Source: Bryobacteraceae bacterium
GTDB taxonomy: Bacteria > Acidobacteriota > Terriglobia > Bryobacterales > Bryobacteraceae
Length of the DNA stretch: 56,861 bases
Direction of reading: 5' to 3'
Assembly (NCBI GenBank): GCA_030041035.1
Contig: JASHOO010000242.1
Coordinates: 1-56,861 of the forward strand
Position 1 is the first letter of the stretch. The number at the start of each line of letters is the position of its first letter. The notes below the pieces were generated by a model. It saw nothing but the letters and a program-made list of their open reading frames with translations, was not told the origin of the DNA and made no database searches. Positions 54,600 to 56,861 of this stretch are shown in pieces. The position numbers and the translations under genes are program-made.

Positions 54600-56083
54600 T
54601 GCTGCTCGTACTCCTGGTGACGCTGGCGCCGCCGATCGTGATCGGCTCTCTCCTGGCACGAACCTTCTTGCCTGCCTACCGGCCGGCGCTGGTTGCATGG
54701 TTGCTGAATGTTTCACTCGGGGCGGGCCTTGGCGTCGGGGTGCTGTCGCTTCTCTATTTCTTAGTGAAGCTGCTATTGGGGCCGTCGAGCATTGTGTACG
54801 GTGCTGTGGAGATCACGGCGCTCTTGGCATCCGCCGGAGCATGCCGGGTTATTCGGGACCGGGCCGTAGTAGGAGAAGAGCCAAGGCGGCTCGCCGGGTG
54901 GCTCTGGTTGCTGCCGGTGGCCACGGGGGTGTGTCTCATACTTGCGGTGGCGCAGTTCGCCGACAGTTCTGCCGCGTCGCCCTACGGAAACTGGGACGCC
55001 TGGTCCATCTGGAACCTCCGCGCGAAACTTCTGGCGCAGCCGAATGCCGCGTGGAGAGATGCATTCTCGCCCGTTCTGAATCAACAGGCCGGCGCCGGCG
55101 CAACCCACGGCGACTATCCGCTGCTGCTCTCCGCATACATCGCGCGATGCTGGAGCCTCACGAGTTCCATCGGCGACGTCACAGCGCCCATTGCCGTGGC
55201 AGGGTTATTCTCCCTGGCGACCGTAGGGCTGCTGATTGGCGGACTGGCCATTCTGCGCGGTTGGACCACCGCGCTCACCGGCGGGATCATCTTGTTGGGT
55301 ACGGCGGAATTCCTGCACAACAGCGCCTGGCAGCTTGCCGATGTACCAGTGGGTTTCTTCTATCTTGCCGCGTTTGTTTTGTTTCTCCTTCTGGACGCCG
55401 CCGGCGGAGCCAGACGCGTGGCTGTGGTGGCGGGAATCGCGCTCGGATGTGCGGCGTGGACTAAAGATGAAGGCATGTTTTTTGCCGTGTTCGCGATGCT
55501 GGCGCTGACTGCCTGGCAGATGCTATCGAAGCCGGGAGCCCGCCTGCGAACGCTCGCGTTGTTGGCCGCTGGCGCTGTGCTTCCCTTGGCTGTAAGCATC
55601 TACTTCAAGATTTTCCTTGCGCCGCAGGGAATCTGGGCTCCTCTCACGCTGTCGGCGGCGGCAAGCAGACTTGTTGACGCATCGCGCTACGCCCTGATTT
55701 TCGGCGGTCTCTGGAATGAATGGCTGGATCTGGGCAGGGGCATCGCTCACCCGGCGCTGTGTCTGGCGGTGCTGGCCGCATGCCTCGGCGTATCCCGCGA
55801 GTGGCTGCGAAGGCCGGGCGTGCTGGCCGCGTGTGGCTTGTTGCTGGCTATCACCACTGCCTATTTTTTTTCATACGTGGTCACGCCCCTGGAATTAGCC
55901 TGGCACTTGAGCACCTCGGCCGGACGCCTGATGGTGCAGCTTGTTCCAGCGACAATTTTCCTGGCGTTGGCAGTGTGCCGCAGCGCCGAGGAGACCGCGC
56001 TTCCCATCGAGGAGCCGAAGAGGGCTGTTCGGGCCGGCAAGAAGAAGACCAGGCGCGCGCCAACGGCGAAGCTTGGGCGTTGA
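54599..56083 (+). CDS. Polytopic membrane protein, possible GT-C-fold glycosyltransferase
   Basis: 494 aa starting at the internal ATG 54599 (MLLVLLVTLAPPIV...), with more than 10 hydrophobic segments and a basic C-terminal tail (KRAVRAGKKKTRRAPTAK). Confidence 0.65.
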   Translation: MLLVLLVTLAPPIVIGSLLARTFLPAYRPALVAWLLNVSLGAGLGVGVLSLLYFLVKLLLGPSSIVYGAVEITALLASAGACRVIRDRAVVGEEPRRLAGWLWLLPVATGVCLILAVAQFADSSAASPYGNWDAWSIWNLRAKLLAQPNAAWRDAFSPVLNQQAGAGATHGDYPLLLSAYIARCWSLTSSIGDVTAPIAVAGLFSLATVGLLIGGLAILRGWTTALTGGIILLGTAEFLHNSAWQLADVPVGFFYLAAFVLFLLLDAAGGARRVAVVAGIALGCAAWTKDEGMFFAVFAMLALTAWQMLSKPGARLRTLALLAAGAVLPLAVSIYFKIFLAPQGIWAPLTLSAAASRLVDASRYALIFGGLWNEWLDLGRGIAHPALCLAVLAACLGVSREWLRRPGVLAACGLLLAITTAYFFSYVVTPLELAWHLSTSAGRLMVQLVPATIFLALAVCRSAEETALPIEEPKRAVRAGKKKTRRAPTAKLGR

Positions 56084-56113
56084 GCGGCCGCCCTCTGCGA
56101 CAATGTCCTGTGC

Positions 56114-56861
56114 ATGTCTGCGAAATCCTACCGGATGAGCGCCCAGGTTTTGTTAGTCTTGCTGTTCGCCGTGTGCGTGTACCGGGCCTTCACGCAATCG
56201 ATCGTGTATGACGAGGCCTTGACCTGGCAGCTTTACATCCTGGGCCCGGTCAGCAATATTTTTCGTGTCTTCGATGCCAATCACCATTTTCTGAACTCGC
56301 TGCTGGCTCGAATTTCGACCTCGATTTTCGGAGTCTCCGAGTGGTCGATGCGGCTTCCGGCGCTGGCTGGGGCAGCGCTGTATTTCACCGCTTGTTACCG
56401 GCTGGCCAGAACCGCATTTGGCGACGGCTTCACCATGCTGCTGGCCGTGGCATTGGCCACGCTGAATCCCCTGGTCTTGGATTTCATGGTAGCGGCACGC
56501 GGATACGGCATGGCGCTGGCGCTGTGGATGTGGTCGGCCGCATTGCTGCTGGAAGCTTTCTCGCGGCAGAGCTCGAAGCCGTCTCACATGGCCGTCGCTG
56601 GCGTAACGGCCGCGCTATCAGTGACGGCCAACCTCACATTCGTGCTGCCTGCGGCGGCGCTGGCCGGATTCACGCTCTATTTCGCGCGTAACCGTTCCAC
56701 CTCGCCGGCTGACGCCCCGGAAGGGCCTAAGAACCTTCGGAGGCAGGCGCACTCGAGCCGCAAAAAGAGAAAAGCCGCGCCGGCGCCTCAAGGCACAAAG
56801 CCGGGCCCGGCACCCTGGATCTGGTTCGCACTGGGAGCCGCTGCCATCGCGATCTTGTTCT
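56114..56861 (+). CDS. ArnT/PMT (GT39/GT83)-like membrane glycosyltransferase, N-terminal part (runs off the window)
   Basis: My translation from ATG 56114 reads MSAKSYRMSAQVLLVLLFAVCVYRAFTQSIVYDEALTWQLY...NHHFLNSLLARIS...MRLPALAGAALYF. The YDEA loop after TM1 is typical of the GT-C catalytic loop. The frame is open to the window end. Confidence 0.6.
   Translation, partial: MSAKSYRMSAQVLLVLLFAVCVYRAFTQSIVYDEALTWQLYILGPVSNIFRVFDANHHFLNSLLARISTSIFGVSEWSMRLPALAGAALYFTACYRLARTAFGDGFTMLLAVALATLNPLVLDFMVAARGYGMALALWMWSAALLLEAFSRQSSKPSHMAVAGVTAALSVTANLTFVLPAAALAGFTLYFARNRSTSPADAPEGPKNLRRQAHSSRKKRKAAPAPQGTKPGPAPWIWFALGAAAIAILF

Noticed and set aside
1-56861. Scanned the whole window for CRISPR arrays, IS elements or transposases, integrases, phage genes, toxin-antitoxin pairs and known defence-system enzymes.
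   Set aside because: I found no spaced direct-repeat arrays. I also found no DDE, tyrosine or serine recombinase motifs, and no nuclease, helicase or ATPase defence-type ORFs. The only repeats are the in-frame coding repeats at 46824-47111.

Overview
GC-rich, densely coding bacterial chromosomal segment. It is most likely from Acidobacteriota (Terriglobia-like), because three acidobacteria-associated families occur together: two ADOP-type duplicated FtsX permeases, a BlaR1-type M56 peptidase with a TIGR03435-like C-terminal domain, and an acidobacterial-type VWA protein. About 55 protein genes can be supported. Housekeeping genes (truA, pyrE, rsmA, rpmE, mtnP, a stand-alone nuoI, acyl-CoA dehydrogenase) are interspersed with envelope and accessory functions. 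These include a run of Tat-signal enzymes, two tandem TolC-like paralogs, two ECF sigma/anti-sigma modules, a BlaI/BlaR1 pair, GntP and MFS transporters, and a terminal cluster of polytopic GT-C/YfhO-like membrane proteins. I found no rRNA, tRNA, CRISPR array, transposase or integrase. Many long ORFs in the track are antisense or out-of-frame shadow ORFs typical of high-GC DNA and were discarded; several real genes start downstream of the longest-ORF start. The most unusual region is the ~620 bp non-coding, lower-GC, hairpin-rich island upstream of rpmE (35882-36505). It carries a sigma70-like promoter, a strong Shine-Dalgarno plus 13-codon uORF, a long-range helix and a strong intrinsic terminator, so it is a candidate L31 leader/attenuator or independent sRNA. 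Other leads are a ferredoxin-STAS-thioredoxin-NuoI operon divergent from an uncharacterised His/Trp-rich membrane protein, a MeaB-methylmalonyl-CoA epimerase fusion, and a K/R-free Q/S/T/N-rich protein with an internal His6. All functional calls come from motif recognition by eye; no database search was run.
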